Below are positions 1 through 10,505 of a DNA stretch of 64,000 nt, piece after piece. This DNA comes from Ignavibacteriota bacterium. Lineage in GTDB: Bacteria > Bacteroidota > Ignavibacteria > UBA10030. The notes beneath the pieces were generated by a model. That model searched no databases. It had not been told where the DNA came from and saw only the letters and a list, made by a program, of their open reading frames with translations. Position 1 is the first letter of the stretch, and each line of letters begins with the position of its first letter. A program made the position numbers and the translations under genes. The stretch lies in the NCBI GenBank assembly GCA_963701295.1, contig OY969585.1, positions 128,001 to 192,000 on the forward strand, written 5' to 3'.

Positions 1-425
1 CTATTGATAATCGATTCGAGCGACTTCTTTAATCCTAATCTATCAATCTGGTAGGGACGAAGATTATTTGTGATCTCTCTGGTTTCTTGAATTGCCTGCG
101 ATGCTGTATGAGAAATCTCATCGAGTTGTTCTCGCACTTTTTTCTTGTTCTTCAGATCACTTAATGCCAACAATGCCCTGTTCTTAATGATGAGAAGCTC
201 CTGGCCAATGCTGTCGTGCAATTCAGTAGCTATGCGTTTTCGTTCTGCTTCCATCGAATCAATTAATTGGCGCGTAAATACATTTTGTTCATGTAAGGAA
301 CGGCGACGATGCTTTCGCTGAAAATAGAATAAATATCCAATCAGCGCGAGAATACAAAGCAGAATGATCTGGAAATATAACGTTTCCCAAATTGGTGGTT
401 GATCTGCAAAAAAACCTGTTTTCAT
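1..425 (-). CDS. HisKA_3 (NarX/UhpB-type) histidine kinase, one TM helix, runs off window edge
   Basis: Not in ORF track. Manual translation from ATG 425: MKTGFFADQPPIWETLYFQIILLCILALIGYLFYF...EAERKRIATELHDSIGQELL...LRPYQIDRLGL; ERxRIAxELHD is the HisKA_3 H-box. Confidence 0.88.
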   Translation of the reverse strand, partial: MKTGFFADQPPIWETLYFQIILLCILALIGYLFYFQRKHRRRSLHEQNVFTRQLIDSMEAERKRIATELHDSIGQELLIIKNRALLALSDLKNKKKVREQLDEISHTASQAIQETREITNNLRPYQIDRLGLKKSLESIIN

Positions 426-496
426 GAAGTCTAATTGAATAATGATCTCCTCCCCATAGAAATAATCAAAAAGATAAAACAACTCTTTTCACAAAC

Positions 497-525
497 ATAG
501 TACGAGAAAAACGTAGGAGTGTCAA
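497..525 (-). promoter_or_regulatory. sigma70-type promoter for the kinase
   Basis: Minus strand TTGACA (525-520), 17-nt spacer, TACTAT (502-497). Confidence 0.7.
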
Positions 526-567
526 GAAAGGGATTGAGAGAAAAGGAAGACTCTTCTTAAACAACCG

Positions 568-596
568 TTGAAGACATCATCGCTTTGTTGTATATT
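568..596 (+). promoter_or_regulatory. possible sigma70-type promoter for uvrB
   Basis: TTGAAG, 17-nt spacer, TATATT. Confidence 0.45.
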
Positions 597-688
597 GAAA
601 GTAAGATTTAAGAAATACGATATGAGACCTTATTTGCTCTCTATCTGAAATCTCTCATTCTCAACCACGAAAAAAGATTATATTGCCG

Positions 689-2701
689 ATGTCGTTCCAG
701 CTCATCTCAGACCTCACTCCTTCCGGCGATCAACCAGAAGCAATTCGACAGCTTGTTGAGGGGATAGAACGCGGCGACCGGCATCAGACGCTGCTCGGCG
801 TTACTGGCAGCGGAAAAACCTTTACTATTTCGAATGTCATCACGCACATCGATAAACCCGTGCTCGTGATGTCTCACAACAAGACACTCGCAGCGCAACT
901 ATATGCCGAGTTTAAAAGTTTCTTCCCCAATAATCGCGTCGAGTTCTTCATCAGCTATTACGATTATTATCAGCCGGAAGCATACATCCCGACCACCGAT
1001 ACTTACATCGCCAAAGATTCTTCGGTAAACGATGAAATTGACCGTCTGCGATTGCGTGCAACGAGTGCCTTGCTCAGCGGCGATCCCAATGTTATCGTCG
1101 TTGCTTCAATCAGTTGTATTTACGGTATTGGCGCACCTGATGAATGGATCAGCCAGACATTAACGCTGAAAAAAGGAGATCATCTCGGCCGTCAAGGACT
1201 ACTCAAACGACTTATCGACTTATTGTATATACGGAACGACTATGAGTTTGCTCGCGGGACATTTCGTGTGCGAGGTGATGTGGTAGAAGTTATCCCCAGC
1301 TATGAAAATGAAGAGGCAATACGAATCGAATTTTTCGGTGATGAAATTGAGCGTATCTCGTACATCAATAAAGTGGATGGCCGAGTTGTCGGAGAAGCTG
1401 ATTTTGAAATGATTTATCCTGCCAAACAATTCATTACGTCGCGTGAAACCATTGAGCGGGCGATGGATGGCATCTATACGGAATTGCGTGAGAGAACAAC
1501 TGAACTCCGTTTTCTCGGGAAACTCGTCGAAGCACAACGAATTGAACAACGAACACGGTTTGACATGGAAATGCTGCGCGAAGTCGGTTATTGTTCAGGC
1601 ATTGAAAATTATTCACGCCATTTCGCAGGCAGGCCGCAGGGTTCACGTCCATCATGTTTGTTGGATTATTTCCCGAAAGATTTTCTTACCATTATTGACG
1701 AATCACATGTTTCTGTACCGCAAATCGGCGGCATGTATGCCGGTGATCGTTCGCGGAAAACGACCCTCGTGGAGTACGGATTCCGACTCCCATCAGCGCT
1801 CGATAATCGACCATTGACATTCGATGAATGGGAAGCGATGGAGAAACAAATCATTTTTGTCAGCGCAACGCCGGGACCATACGAACTGCAGAAATGCCAA
1901 GGCATCTTTGTGGAACAAGTTATCCGCCCCACCGGCCTGATTGATCCAGATGTCGAAGTTCGTCCAAGCAAACACCAGATTGACGATTTGATTGCTGAGA
2001 TTCGGACACGCACGGCACGAAAGGAACGCACATTGGTAACTACCTTAACAAAGCGTATGGCTGAAGACCTGACAGAATACCTAACGAATATTGGAATCAG
2101 AGTCCGTTATATCCATTCGGAAGTGGATGCATTGGAACGCGTGGAAACACTGCGTGATTTGAGATTGGGCGAGTTCGATGTTCTTGTGGGTGTGAATTTG
2201 CTTCGGGAAGGGCTCGATTTACCAGAAGTTTCTCTGGTTGCCATTATTGATGCGGACAAAGAAGGATTCCTTCGATCCGAACGCTCGCTCATCCAAACTG
2301 CAGGCCGCACAGCACGCAACGTTAACGGCAAAGTTATTCTCTATGCAGATAGAATGACCGGGTCAATGGAACGAATGATCAGTGAAACAAATCGTCGTCG
2401 CACAAAACAAATCGATTACAATACGAAGCATGATATCACACCTGTTACGATTTATAAGACGGTAGAGGAAATTCTCGCCGCTACATCCATTGCCGATGTG
2501 AAGATGAAACGGGAAGAACGTGATCAGAAATCCAAACCTCTGGCCATTGCCGAGACAGTAGCAAAGTACCTCACAAGCGACCAGAAGAAAGATCTGCTGA
2601 ATGAATTAAAAGCGGAGATGAAACGGGCGGCAAAAGATTTGGAATTCGAACGTGCCGCGGAATTACGGGACGAAATTGAAAAGTTGGAAAAGAAAAGCTA
2701 A
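689..2701 (+). CDS. uvrB: excinuclease ABC subunit B
   Basis: [15 protein letters not shown] Walker [11 protein letters not shown] beta-hairpin, [17 protein letters not shown]-terminal UVR coil ([11 protein letters not shown]). ATG 689 preferred over TTG 683. Confidence 0.98.
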   Translation: MSFQLISDLTPSGDQPEAIRQLVEGIERGDRHQTLLGVTGSGKTFTISNVITHIDKPVLVMSHNKTLAAQLYAEFKSFFPNNRVEFFISYYDYYQPEAYIPTTDTYIAKDSSVNDEIDRLRLRATSALLSGDPNVIVVASISCIYGIGAPDEWISQTLTLKKGDHLGRQGLLKRLIDLLYIRNDYEFARGTFRVRGDVVEVIPSYENEEAIRIEFFGDEIERISYINKVDGRVVGEADFEMIYPAKQFITSRETIERAMDGIYTELRERTTELRFLGKLVEAQRIEQRTRFDMEMLREVGYCSGIENYSRHFAGRPQGSRPSCLLDYFPKDFLTIIDESHVSVPQIGGMYAGDRSRKTTLVEYGFRLPSALDNRPLTFDEWEAMEKQIIFVSATPGPYELQKCQGIFVEQVIRPTGLIDPDVEVRPSKHQIDDLIAEIRTRTARKERTLVTTLTKRMAEDLTEYLTNIGIRVRYIHSEVDALERVETLRDLRLGEFDVLVGVNLLREGLDLPEVSLVAIIDADKEGFLRSERSLIQTAGRTARNVNGKVILYADRMTGSMERMISETNRRRTKQIDYNTKHDITPVTIYKTVEEILAATSIADVKMKREERDQKSKPLAIAETVAKYLTSDQKKDLLNELKAEMKRAAKDLEFERAAELRDEIEKLEKKS

Positions 2702-2877
2702 CCGAGTCTGGAAAAGGAAGAGGCGAAGAAATTTAGTACATTTGTAAAGAAGAATTACTGATATCTCTTCTACAGCTTACGAGGCCGCCATGCAAACCTA
2801 AACACAGAGAGCAGCATTCATCCGTTTGTTCGACATTTTTTTCAGCAGCGCGCCATAAAACATAACATTTAATAATT

Positions 2878-3576
2878 TTGACCGTTACCACGTCGATATT
2901 AAATATTTTCCTTGATTTCATTTACCCACCAGTGTGTATCTCTTGCAATACGCCTTTACCGGATGGGAGCAAGAAGATCTGCCAGAATTGTTGGAGTGCC
3001 ATTCCTGTTCTTACCAAAGAGCATTCTCTCTATCAGCAAACCCGTTCCAAACTCATTGCCGAAGGTTGTATTGACGATCTTATTTCTTGTTACGTATTCG
3101 AAAGAGAAGGACCGTTTCAACACATTGCACATGCACTGAAGTATCAAGAGTATAAATCATTTGGAGTAGAATTGGGGAAGCAGATCGGTGGATTGGTCCA
3201 GGATTGGAATGTAGAAACCGATATTATCATTCCAGTACCGCTGCATCGAATCAAACATCGTGAACGCGGTTATAATCAGTCTGAATTTATTGCACAAGGC
3301 ATTGCTTCGATCATCGGCAAACCAATAATAGTGAATGCAATTCGTCGAACACGCCACACACAGACGCAGACTACATTGAATCTCGAAGAACGTTATAAGA
3401 ATATGAAAGACGCGTTTAAAACTTTACCGGGTGCTTCCAAAAAGTTTTATGGAAGAACTTGTCTTTTGGTAGATGATATTATCACCTCTGGAGCAACAAC
3501 GAATTCCTGTGCCAAGGAAATCCTTGCGGCAGGTGCCAAGTCTATCATTGCCGCTTCTGCGGCTCTTGCAAAATAG
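2878..3576 (+). CDS. comF: ComF family phosphoribosyltransferase-like protein
   Basis: N-terminal CxxC..CxxC, PVPLH...RGYNQS, LLVDDIITSGAT. Confidence 0.92.
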   Translation: MTVTTSILNIFLDFIYPPVCISCNTPLPDGSKKICQNCWSAIPVLTKEHSLYQQTRSKLIAEGCIDDLISCYVFEREGPFQHIAHALKYQEYKSFGVELGKQIGGLVQDWNVETDIIIPVPLHRIKHRERGYNQSEFIAQGIASIIGKPIIVNAIRRTRHTQTQTTLNLEERYKNMKDAFKTLPGASKKFYGRTCLLVDDIITSGATTNSCAKEILAAGAKSIIAASAALAK

Positions 3577-3775
3577 TTTCCGTATTGTTCAGCACATTCT
3601 TATAAGAGTAAATCACTTTTGAAATGTATAAATCAATTCATTTTCTTGAATTTCCATTAAAAGACGTTACTTTTTCTTCTTTGTAAAAAATTATATGTGA
3701 CAGAGGACACATTTTTTAAAGACGAACGTTATGATATTTGTCCCGTATCACATTGTAGTGTGAAGGAATAATACA

Positions 3776-4903
3776 ATGACAAAGCCAAACATTCAACAAG
3801 AACAACCGATGACATATCAAGTAAACCCTTCTCGGAATGATTCAATAAAATTAGTAAGCGAAATTCTTAAACGGACAAACCAATTAATTCAAAAAGGTGA
3901 CTTTGATCGCGCACAAGGAGAATTGTTGCTTGCGAATCGGACAGCAAAAGGACAGTATAGAACACCTCCTTTTTCTTCATCAGTTAATGATAATTTTGTT
4001 GTACCTCAAACATTACATGCACCACTGCCGTTAGCGCCCATGGAAGCGATGATGGCTGTAATTTCATCCTCAAAACAAACCGACGACGTTCTGCCTCGGG
4101 CAACAATACAAACCCCAGAAGCTCTATCCGAGAAACCACAGGTTCCTTTTCCAGAACAAACCAACGATCGAAGCGTTGAGTTCAAATGCTATCGCGAAGC
4201 ACTTGCAAAAGCATGGTGTGATGGAGCGCTAACAGATGATGAAGAGCGGCATTTACAGGAATTACGGACCGTGTTAGAGATTTTAGATGTTGAACATAAA
4301 ATGTTTGAGAAGGAAATTAAGTATTCATGTTATAAAGAAGCTTTCGCCAAGTTTATATCCAACGGTTCGGCCGCTTTAGTAGACACAAAATCAATCTCCG
4401 ATCTTCAAAAAGCATTCCATGTCTCGCAGGAGGAGCATATGAAGATTTTAGGCCACTCCATGCAAATAAAGCAACAGAAACAGCGTGATAAAATTCTTAT
4501 CATTGACGATGACGATGAGTTCTTGAATCTGCTATCCAGCTCAATGACGGAAGACGGATTTGATGTCATTGCTGTGGAGACATCCGATGAAGCCTATATG
4601 CTTTTACACAAATGCATTCCCGATCTCATTTTGTGCGACATCAATCTTAAGACCTCAACAATGAATGGATTCGTTCTTTACGAAAAAGTCCAAGCGAATA
4701 AATATCTTCAAAACATTCCTTTCGTTTTCCTAACGGGACTTACGGATGAAAAGTTAGCTTGGACAGGAAAAGAACTCGGCGCCGATGACTACTTATTAAA
4801 GCCAATTTCCAGGCATACGCTTCTTTCTACACTTCACGGCAGATTAAAACGCTTTAGGCAACTCAGAGGCTTCTCTTCAACCCCTACACCAGCGTTTTGC
4901 TGA
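3776..4903 (+). CDS. response regulator with N-terminal helical/TerB-like region and C-terminal receiver domain (paralog 1)
   Basis: C-terminal ILIIDDD...PDLILCDI...FLTG...GADDYLLKP; middle DGALTDDEERHLQELR; aligns with 5148-6380. Confidence 0.85.
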   Translation: MTKPNIQQEQPMTYQVNPSRNDSIKLVSEILKRTNQLIQKGDFDRAQGELLLANRTAKGQYRTPPFSSSVNDNFVVPQTLHAPLPLAPMEAMMAVISSSKQTDDVLPRATIQTPEALSEKPQVPFPEQTNDRSVEFKCYREALAKAWCDGALTDDEERHLQELRTVLEILDVEHKMFEKEIKYSCYKEAFAKFISNGSAALVDTKSISDLQKAFHVSQEEHMKILGHSMQIKQQKQRDKILIIDDDDEFLNLLSSSMTEDGFDVIAVETSDEAYMLLHKCIPDLILCDINLKTSTMNGFVLYEKVQANKYLQNIPFVFLTGLTDEKLAWTGKELGADDYLLKPISRHTLLSTLHGRLKRFRQLRGFSSTPTPAFC

Positions 4904-5147
4904 GGAATTTCCACAACAAACGGCCCTTTTAGAAAAGATCGAGTAGATTTTACCTGTTCCTCTCTTTCTGCAAAAATTACTTTTCTACAATCTCTAAGTA
5001 AATTACCTATGAGGGGGTAGCAATCCTTTAAAAAACACCCGAATTCTCCTTGTTTTTGAACCTCTATGCATCCTGATAGATTTAATAGGGCACTGAAAAA
5101 GTCGGAACAGTTATTGTTGGATTAGGCATAAGAGTTAAATAAGGAAT

Positions 5148-6380
5148 ATGAAAATGACTAACCAAAATATACCACAGCAAAATTTTCAATCGATGCACGA
5201 ACTTACACCTCGTGACGACAATAAGAAAATCGTCAGTGAGGTCTTGAAACACGTTGATCAATTGATCCGGAAGGGCGATCTCGATTGTGCACAGAGAGAA
5301 ATTGTTAAAGCCAAAGAACTTGACCCTCGAAACGTCTACGCACTTGCATTGGAAGAACGAATTTCCGCCCTTAAAACAGAGTTCGAATGTACTAAAATAG
5401 AGATTGAATGTACGGAGAATGTAAGACGTCTTGATGATTTCATACAATCGAGCGTTACTTCCAAACATCCTCAATCTGTAGCCGAGACTCTGTCGATGTC
5501 GCCTTTATCGAGACCCGCACCGATAGTCTCAAGTACGACACTCGTTCCATCAGCAGCAACTTTATCATCGCTCCCATTCAATAAATCATCAGATATGATG
5601 ATGAAAGACTATGAACCACAGCAAGAGCGTGCTGTTGATCGGAGTATTGAGTTGGAATCTTATCGCAAGACACTTGCTGAGATGTGGTATGATGGGGCAT
5701 TGACAGCAGATGAAAAGCGCCGTTTAAATGAGTTACGGACATTGCTGGAAATTACAGAGGCTGAACATGAGGGAATCGAAAAGAATGTGAAACGAGAATG
5801 CTACAAGAGTGTTATTATTCGGCAATTATCGAATAATCCAATTTCTTTATCCGATGCAAAATCTCTTTCTGATCTACAAAGTACATTTCAAATCTCCGAA
5901 GAGGAACATATCCAAATTCAAACGCAGTTGATGAACGTTATTCAACATAAACAGAGGAACAAGATTCTCGTCATTGACGATGACACACGGCTTTTAGAAT
6001 TGCTTGAATCATCGTTGGAAGACAATGGGTTCGATGTTACAGCGTTATCAACATCAGACGAGGCATACGCGTTACTCCGAAAGTTTGTGCCTGATCTGAT
6101 TCTCTGTGATATCAATCTTGAGACCTCAACTATGGGCGGTTTTACATTCTATGAGAAAGTACAGGAACTGAAAAATGTTCAAAGTATTCCCTTCGTTTTC
6201 TTATCCGGACTTACAGACGAGGTTCTCGTCCGCACCGGTAAGGAACTTGGAGTGGACGATTATTTGATGAAACCCATTTCTGAACAGACATTAGTCTCAA
6301 CATTACGAGGAAAATTGAAACGCTTTAAGCAACTAAAAAAGGCAGTGGGAAATCCAATGCCAGCAATGGTGGCAGCATAG
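5148..6380 (+). CDS. response regulator with N-terminal TPR-like/TerB-like region and C-terminal receiver domain (paralog 2)
   Basis: ILVIDDD...PDLILCDI...FLSG...GVDDYLMKP; TPR-like LIRKGDLDCAQREIVKAKELDPRN; DGALTADEKRRLNELR. Confidence 0.87.
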   Translation: MKMTNQNIPQQNFQSMHELTPRDDNKKIVSEVLKHVDQLIRKGDLDCAQREIVKAKELDPRNVYALALEERISALKTEFECTKIEIECTENVRRLDDFIQSSVTSKHPQSVAETLSMSPLSRPAPIVSSTTLVPSAATLSSLPFNKSSDMMMKDYEPQQERAVDRSIELESYRKTLAEMWYDGALTADEKRRLNELRTLLEITEAEHEGIEKNVKRECYKSVIIRQLSNNPISLSDAKSLSDLQSTFQISEEEHIQIQTQLMNVIQHKQRNKILVIDDDTRLLELLESSLEDNGFDVTALSTSDEAYALLRKFVPDLILCDINLETSTMGGFTFYEKVQELKNVQSIPFVFLSGLTDEVLVRTGKELGVDDYLMKPISEQTLVSTLRGKLKRFKQLKKAVGNPMPAMVAA

Positions 6381-6514
6381 GGGGCGCTTTCAATCATTGT
6401 TTTAAAAAGTAACAGCCGCGAGACGACAGGATAGATCAGCGCTGAATATTCACAAAACCATCTTGACGAGAAGATATTCCAGCATCGTTCCCCTACTTCA
6501 AGGGATTTCTTTTA

Positions 6515-7426
6515 TTAGTACTTCACTGCTTGCAGTTCTCTCAATAAAACAAATCGTCTGTATAGGACGCACAATATAAGAATTCCGTTCATGAGAAAGA
6601 TGTTGAGATAAAGATACAATTCTAAGCGGTTTAAGACCGAACATAACATCAGTAAAAAAAACTCCGTACCGAAACCAAGTAAGCCGGAGATCCGTAAAGA
6701 AATAATATCAGAATACCACTCTTGGCCCCTTTGACAAGGTTCACAAGAAGAACCTTCTGAAGAATCTCTTGGTTCATTTTCGTGCAACCTTCGGAAGTTC
6801 CTTCCATAACTCCATCGATCAACTCTCTCAATAAGTCGATCTTGCCAACCATAGATACATTGAAAAATCCGCTGAAGAACAAGCTCGACGCCGCCTTCCT
6901 TCAGATCTTCTTCTCGAATTTCTTCGGATATACGATTGCTCGCAAACTGTTTCTGCAAATGGAGAAAGTTCACCTGATAAAATACGTGATAGGATACTCG
7001 AAGCGAAATACCGATAACCCCGACCAAGGCGAGCAACAACATCCACCAATGACCGCCTGATTGATATAAAATCCAACCGATGGCACTGAACACTGCCGCA
7101 TCTACTACAAAGTCACCGATAGAATCCAAAAATCTTCCGACACGGCTGTATTGCTGTTTCGCTCGCGCAAGTTGGCCATCAGCAGAGTCCAGTAAGTCTT
7201 TGAGCGTAACAAGCAGTCCGGCAACAATAAATGCTTCTGGAGTCCCTTTCAAATAGAAAAATGCAGCAACAAGTCCAGCGATTGTTGATGCGATGGTCAC
7301 TTGATTCGGTGTAATAGGTGTATAATAGAGTGCCCAGACGATCAATCCAGCAATGGGACGAAGCAAGTACGTGTTGATAAGTTCGTCTGAGATGTCAGAC
7401 TTGAGAGATTTTCGATAAGAATACAT
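6515..7426 (-). CDS. CDP-alcohol phosphatidyltransferase family protein
   Basis: ITPNQVT and DLLDSADGQLAR...GRFLDSIGD (DxxDGxxAR..GxxxDxxxD); several TM segments. Confidence 0.92.
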   Translation of the reverse strand: MYSYRKSLKSDISDELINTYLLRPIAGLIVWALYYTPITPNQVTIASTIAGLVAAFFYLKGTPEAFIVAGLLVTLKDLLDSADGQLARAKQQYSRVGRFLDSIGDFVVDAAVFSAIGWILYQSGGHWWMLLLALVGVIGISLRVSYHVFYQVNFLHLQKQFASNRISEEIREEDLKEGGVELVLQRIFQCIYGWQDRLIERVDRWSYGRNFRRLHENEPRDSSEGSSCEPCQRGQEWYSDIISLRISGLLGFGTEFFLLMLCSVLNRLELYLYLNIFLMNGILILCVLYRRFVLLRELQAVKY

Positions 7427-7430
7427 TTCA

Positions 7431-8231
7431 TCAAACGATGTTCATTCGTTCCGCAAGTCGGAGATCTTCTACTGTATCTATTTCAATTGCTGAAAATGCA
7501 CTGACATCAATGGCTTTGAGTTGAGTTCCATGGTTAATCATTTCCTGAAATGACGCCTCATAGAATTCTGTTCGCCCCACACCACTCTTAACGCGTTGTT
7601 CGAGAATCGTGAAGAGGTGCGCTGTTGTTTTGGCAGAAAACATTTCGATGCCGATCGACTCTCCATAGGTTTCATTGAGTGGCGTCTCTTTGCCAATCAA
7701 TACAATATTCCCATAGCCATCTATCTTTACTCGAATTTCTTCTTCACTATGTTCACCAGACACGCGAACAGCAACGCAATCTTGCGAATGCTTGCTCAGA
7801 AACAACGGCAGCAATTCTGACGAAAAAAGAATATCGCTGTCAAGTAGAATTAAGCCAGAAGACACATAGCCTTCTTTATTCTCAAGAAATTTTCTTGCAA
7901 GGAGAAGCGAGTAAGCGTTATCTGTTTCAGCATAATCCGGATTGAGGATAAAGCGAATATGTATTTGCGGAAAATGCCGTTTGACAAATTCCCGAATCAT
8001 CTTTCCCCGGTAGCCGATAACGATAGCAATTTCTTTGACACCGGCATGAAGAACATTTTCGATGGCTCGTTCAAGTAGTACCCCTCCGCCGACTTCCAGC
8101 AAACACTTCGGTTTTGAATCCGTCAATGGGCGCAAACGCGTGGAAACGCCGGCAGCAAGGATGATGCAGCGAGGGAGCTGCGATTTTGTGATTGAATGAT
8201 TTAGGGATTGATAATTGATCATTTCAATCAA
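7431..8231 (-). CDS. NTP transferase, phosphocholine/inositol-phosphate cytidylyltransferase (LicC/IPCT-like) family
   Basis: IILAAGVSTRLRPLTDSKPKCLL, DSDI, EIDTVEDL; start codon uncertain. Confidence 0.85.
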   Translation of the reverse strand: MIEMINYQSLNHSITKSQLPRCIILAAGVSTRLRPLTDSKPKCLLEVGGGVLLERAIENVLHAGVKEIAIVIGYRGKMIREFVKRHFPQIHIRFILNPDYAETDNAYSLLLARKFLENKEGYVSSGLILLDSDILFSSELLPLFLSKHSQDCVAVRVSGEHSEEEIRVKIDGYGNIVLIGKETPLNETYGESIGIEMFSAKTTAHLFTILEQRVKSGVGRTEFYEASFQEMINHGTQLKAIDVSAFSAIEIDTVEDLRLAERMNIV

Positions 8232-10249
8232 CTACCCACGGTTCTAATAATTTTTCTCCAATGCCTTCGATAAAGCGCGAGGGCTTTGTCAAAATCATAC
8301 CGCTTTCACGGTCGTAAATATTCATCGGATAGGTGATAATCAGATGCTCCTTTGCGCGGGTACAAGCGACGTACATGAGCCGGCGTTCTTCTTCCATTTC
8401 CTCATCGCTCGCTGCAGATCGCATTGTCGGGAATCTTCCTTCGAGTGCATAGATGATGAAGACAGCATTCCATTCCAATCCTTTGGCACTGTGAATAGTC
8501 GAGAGTGTCAGGTATTCTGTTTCCGGTCCTGGTGATTCAATATCAGCGATACTTTCGTTCGGCGGCTCAAGTGCTAAATCTGTCAATAATTCATCGATAG
8601 ACTTATAGCGCTCAGTGATATTTTGGAATGTCTCAAGATCTTTCTTCCGCTTGAGGTGATCTTCATAGCGAGCACGGAGAATTGGTTCATAGTATTGAAG
8701 GATATGAGATGTCTTTTCTGCCGGAGAAATGTTGGGCGCAGCAACTTCTTTCAGCATATCAAATAGTTTACGGACATTATCGGGATAGCTACCGTATTCC
8801 ATCCAGAATTTTGTTGTTGCTGTCACAGCTTCTTTGAATTCCTTCGCCAAACCAACACGACGTTTCAGAATATCGTCCACAACTTTTTCCGCAGTACGCG
8901 GGCCAACACCATCAATAAGCAGGAGAATGCGATTCCACGATACGACATCGCGCGGATTTTCGAGCACACGTAGATATGCCACAACATCTTTTACATGTGC
9001 TGTTTCGATAAACTTAAATCCACCAAACTTTAGGAATGGAATATTCGCCTTTGCTAATTCGATTTCTAAATCAAACGAATGGAATGAGGATCGAAACAAT
9101 ACAGCCATCTCTTCCAGCGGGACGCCCATCTCGTGGTATTCAAGAATCTTCTGCACGACGTATCGTGACTGTTGGTTCTCCGTCTGAGCCGAGACAAGCT
9201 GTGGTAAGCTGCCACCAGATTTCTTTGTGAAAAGTTCTTTGGTGTACATTTTAGCCACCCAGATTTCTTCCACCACGCAACAAGATTTCATTCGCTAGGT
9301 TCAAGATCGGTTGTGTGCTTCGATAATTTTCTTCTAACTTGATAATTTTACAATCCTTGAACTCCTCACCGAACATAAGAATATTCTGAATCGTAGATCC
9401 TCGGAAAGAATAAATACACTGTGCATCATCGCCAACAACCATCAAATTCCGGTGCTTAGATGCCAGCAGCTTTATAATTTCTGCTTGTAGTTTATTGGTA
9501 TCCTGATATTCATCCACCATAATATATTTATAACGGTCAGAAAGCGTCACACGCACCGCTTCATCCTGGCGCAGCAACAACGCAAGATTTAGAAGCAAAT
9601 CATCATAGTCCATCAAGTTGTGTTCACGTTTGTATTTCGCATAGGTACCGTGAAGCATAGAGATGTCGGTTTCGATTTCAAGGTACTGCGGATAATCTAA
9701 TGCCAGCAGTTCTTTCACTGAAGTCACCGTGTTTAGTGAACGGCTATAAAGATCGTATAATGTCTCTTTACGCGGAAACCGTTTCTCTTTTGTATCAAAT
9801 TTCATCCGTGTCCGGATCAGATTGATAACATCTTCAGCATCCGCTTGATCGAGAATTGTGAAGTTGTTCTCGTACCCAAGTTGACCGGCATATTTTCGCA
9901 GGACGCTGTTCGCAAACGAATGAAATGTTCCACCTGAGACTCGCTCACATCGACTGTCCAATAGAATTGACGCTTTTCTCAACATTTCTTGTGCGGCTCT
10001 GCGCGTAAATGTCAGCAGCAATAACGAATCCGGTTTAACACCTATTTCCACTAGATAAGCCACTCGGTACACAATTGTGCGTGTCTTCCCTGTTCCTGCT
10101 CCGGCGATAATCAAGTGCGGACCATCGACTGATGTCGCAGCTTCATATTGCGCAGAATTCAATTCCTGTTGATAGTTGATGCGCAGGTGCTGCGGCTGAA
10201 CAAGATGAAGATGATCACCGGGGAGCGGCTTCAGTGTGAATTTCTTCAT
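8224..10249 (-). pseudogene. UvrD/PcrA/Rep ATP-dependent helicase split by a frameshift near 9250-9290 (real or assembly artefact)
   Basis: ORF 9251-10249 has AGAGTGKT, VDEYQD, VGDDAQCIYSFRG, LEENYRST; ORF 8224-9291 has TIHSAKGLEW, EERRLMYVACTRAK, PSRFI. The two halves overlap in different frames. Confidence 0.85.
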
Positions 10250-10505
10250 TTCATGCCGAATAAATGTGGATGCGTGCTCCGTCGCTGAAGCTTTTAAACG
10301 TAAGAGTCCTTTTACGCAAATAAGTATATAAGTTCATTTCGTGAATGAAGATAGCTGAAAAAATCTGGAAAATGAAACATTCCTAACTTGAGTTTTCAGC
10401 AACAAAGCTGTAAGTTTAAAACATTGTTTTTAACAACTTAGCGATGTAATTCCTTGATAGGAATCGCTACTTTTTCTTTATCATCTAAAACTTCAGACTG
10501 AACAT

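Noticed and set aside
9251-9291. Programmed ribosomal frameshift
   Set aside because: No canonical slippery heptamer or obvious stimulatory structure; error or insertion is simpler.
683-10249. Anti-phage defence island (helicase, TerB-like proteins, nucleotidyltransferase)
   Set aside because: The helicase is housekeeping PcrA-like, the transferase is sugar-phosphate type, and there is no nuclease or effector.
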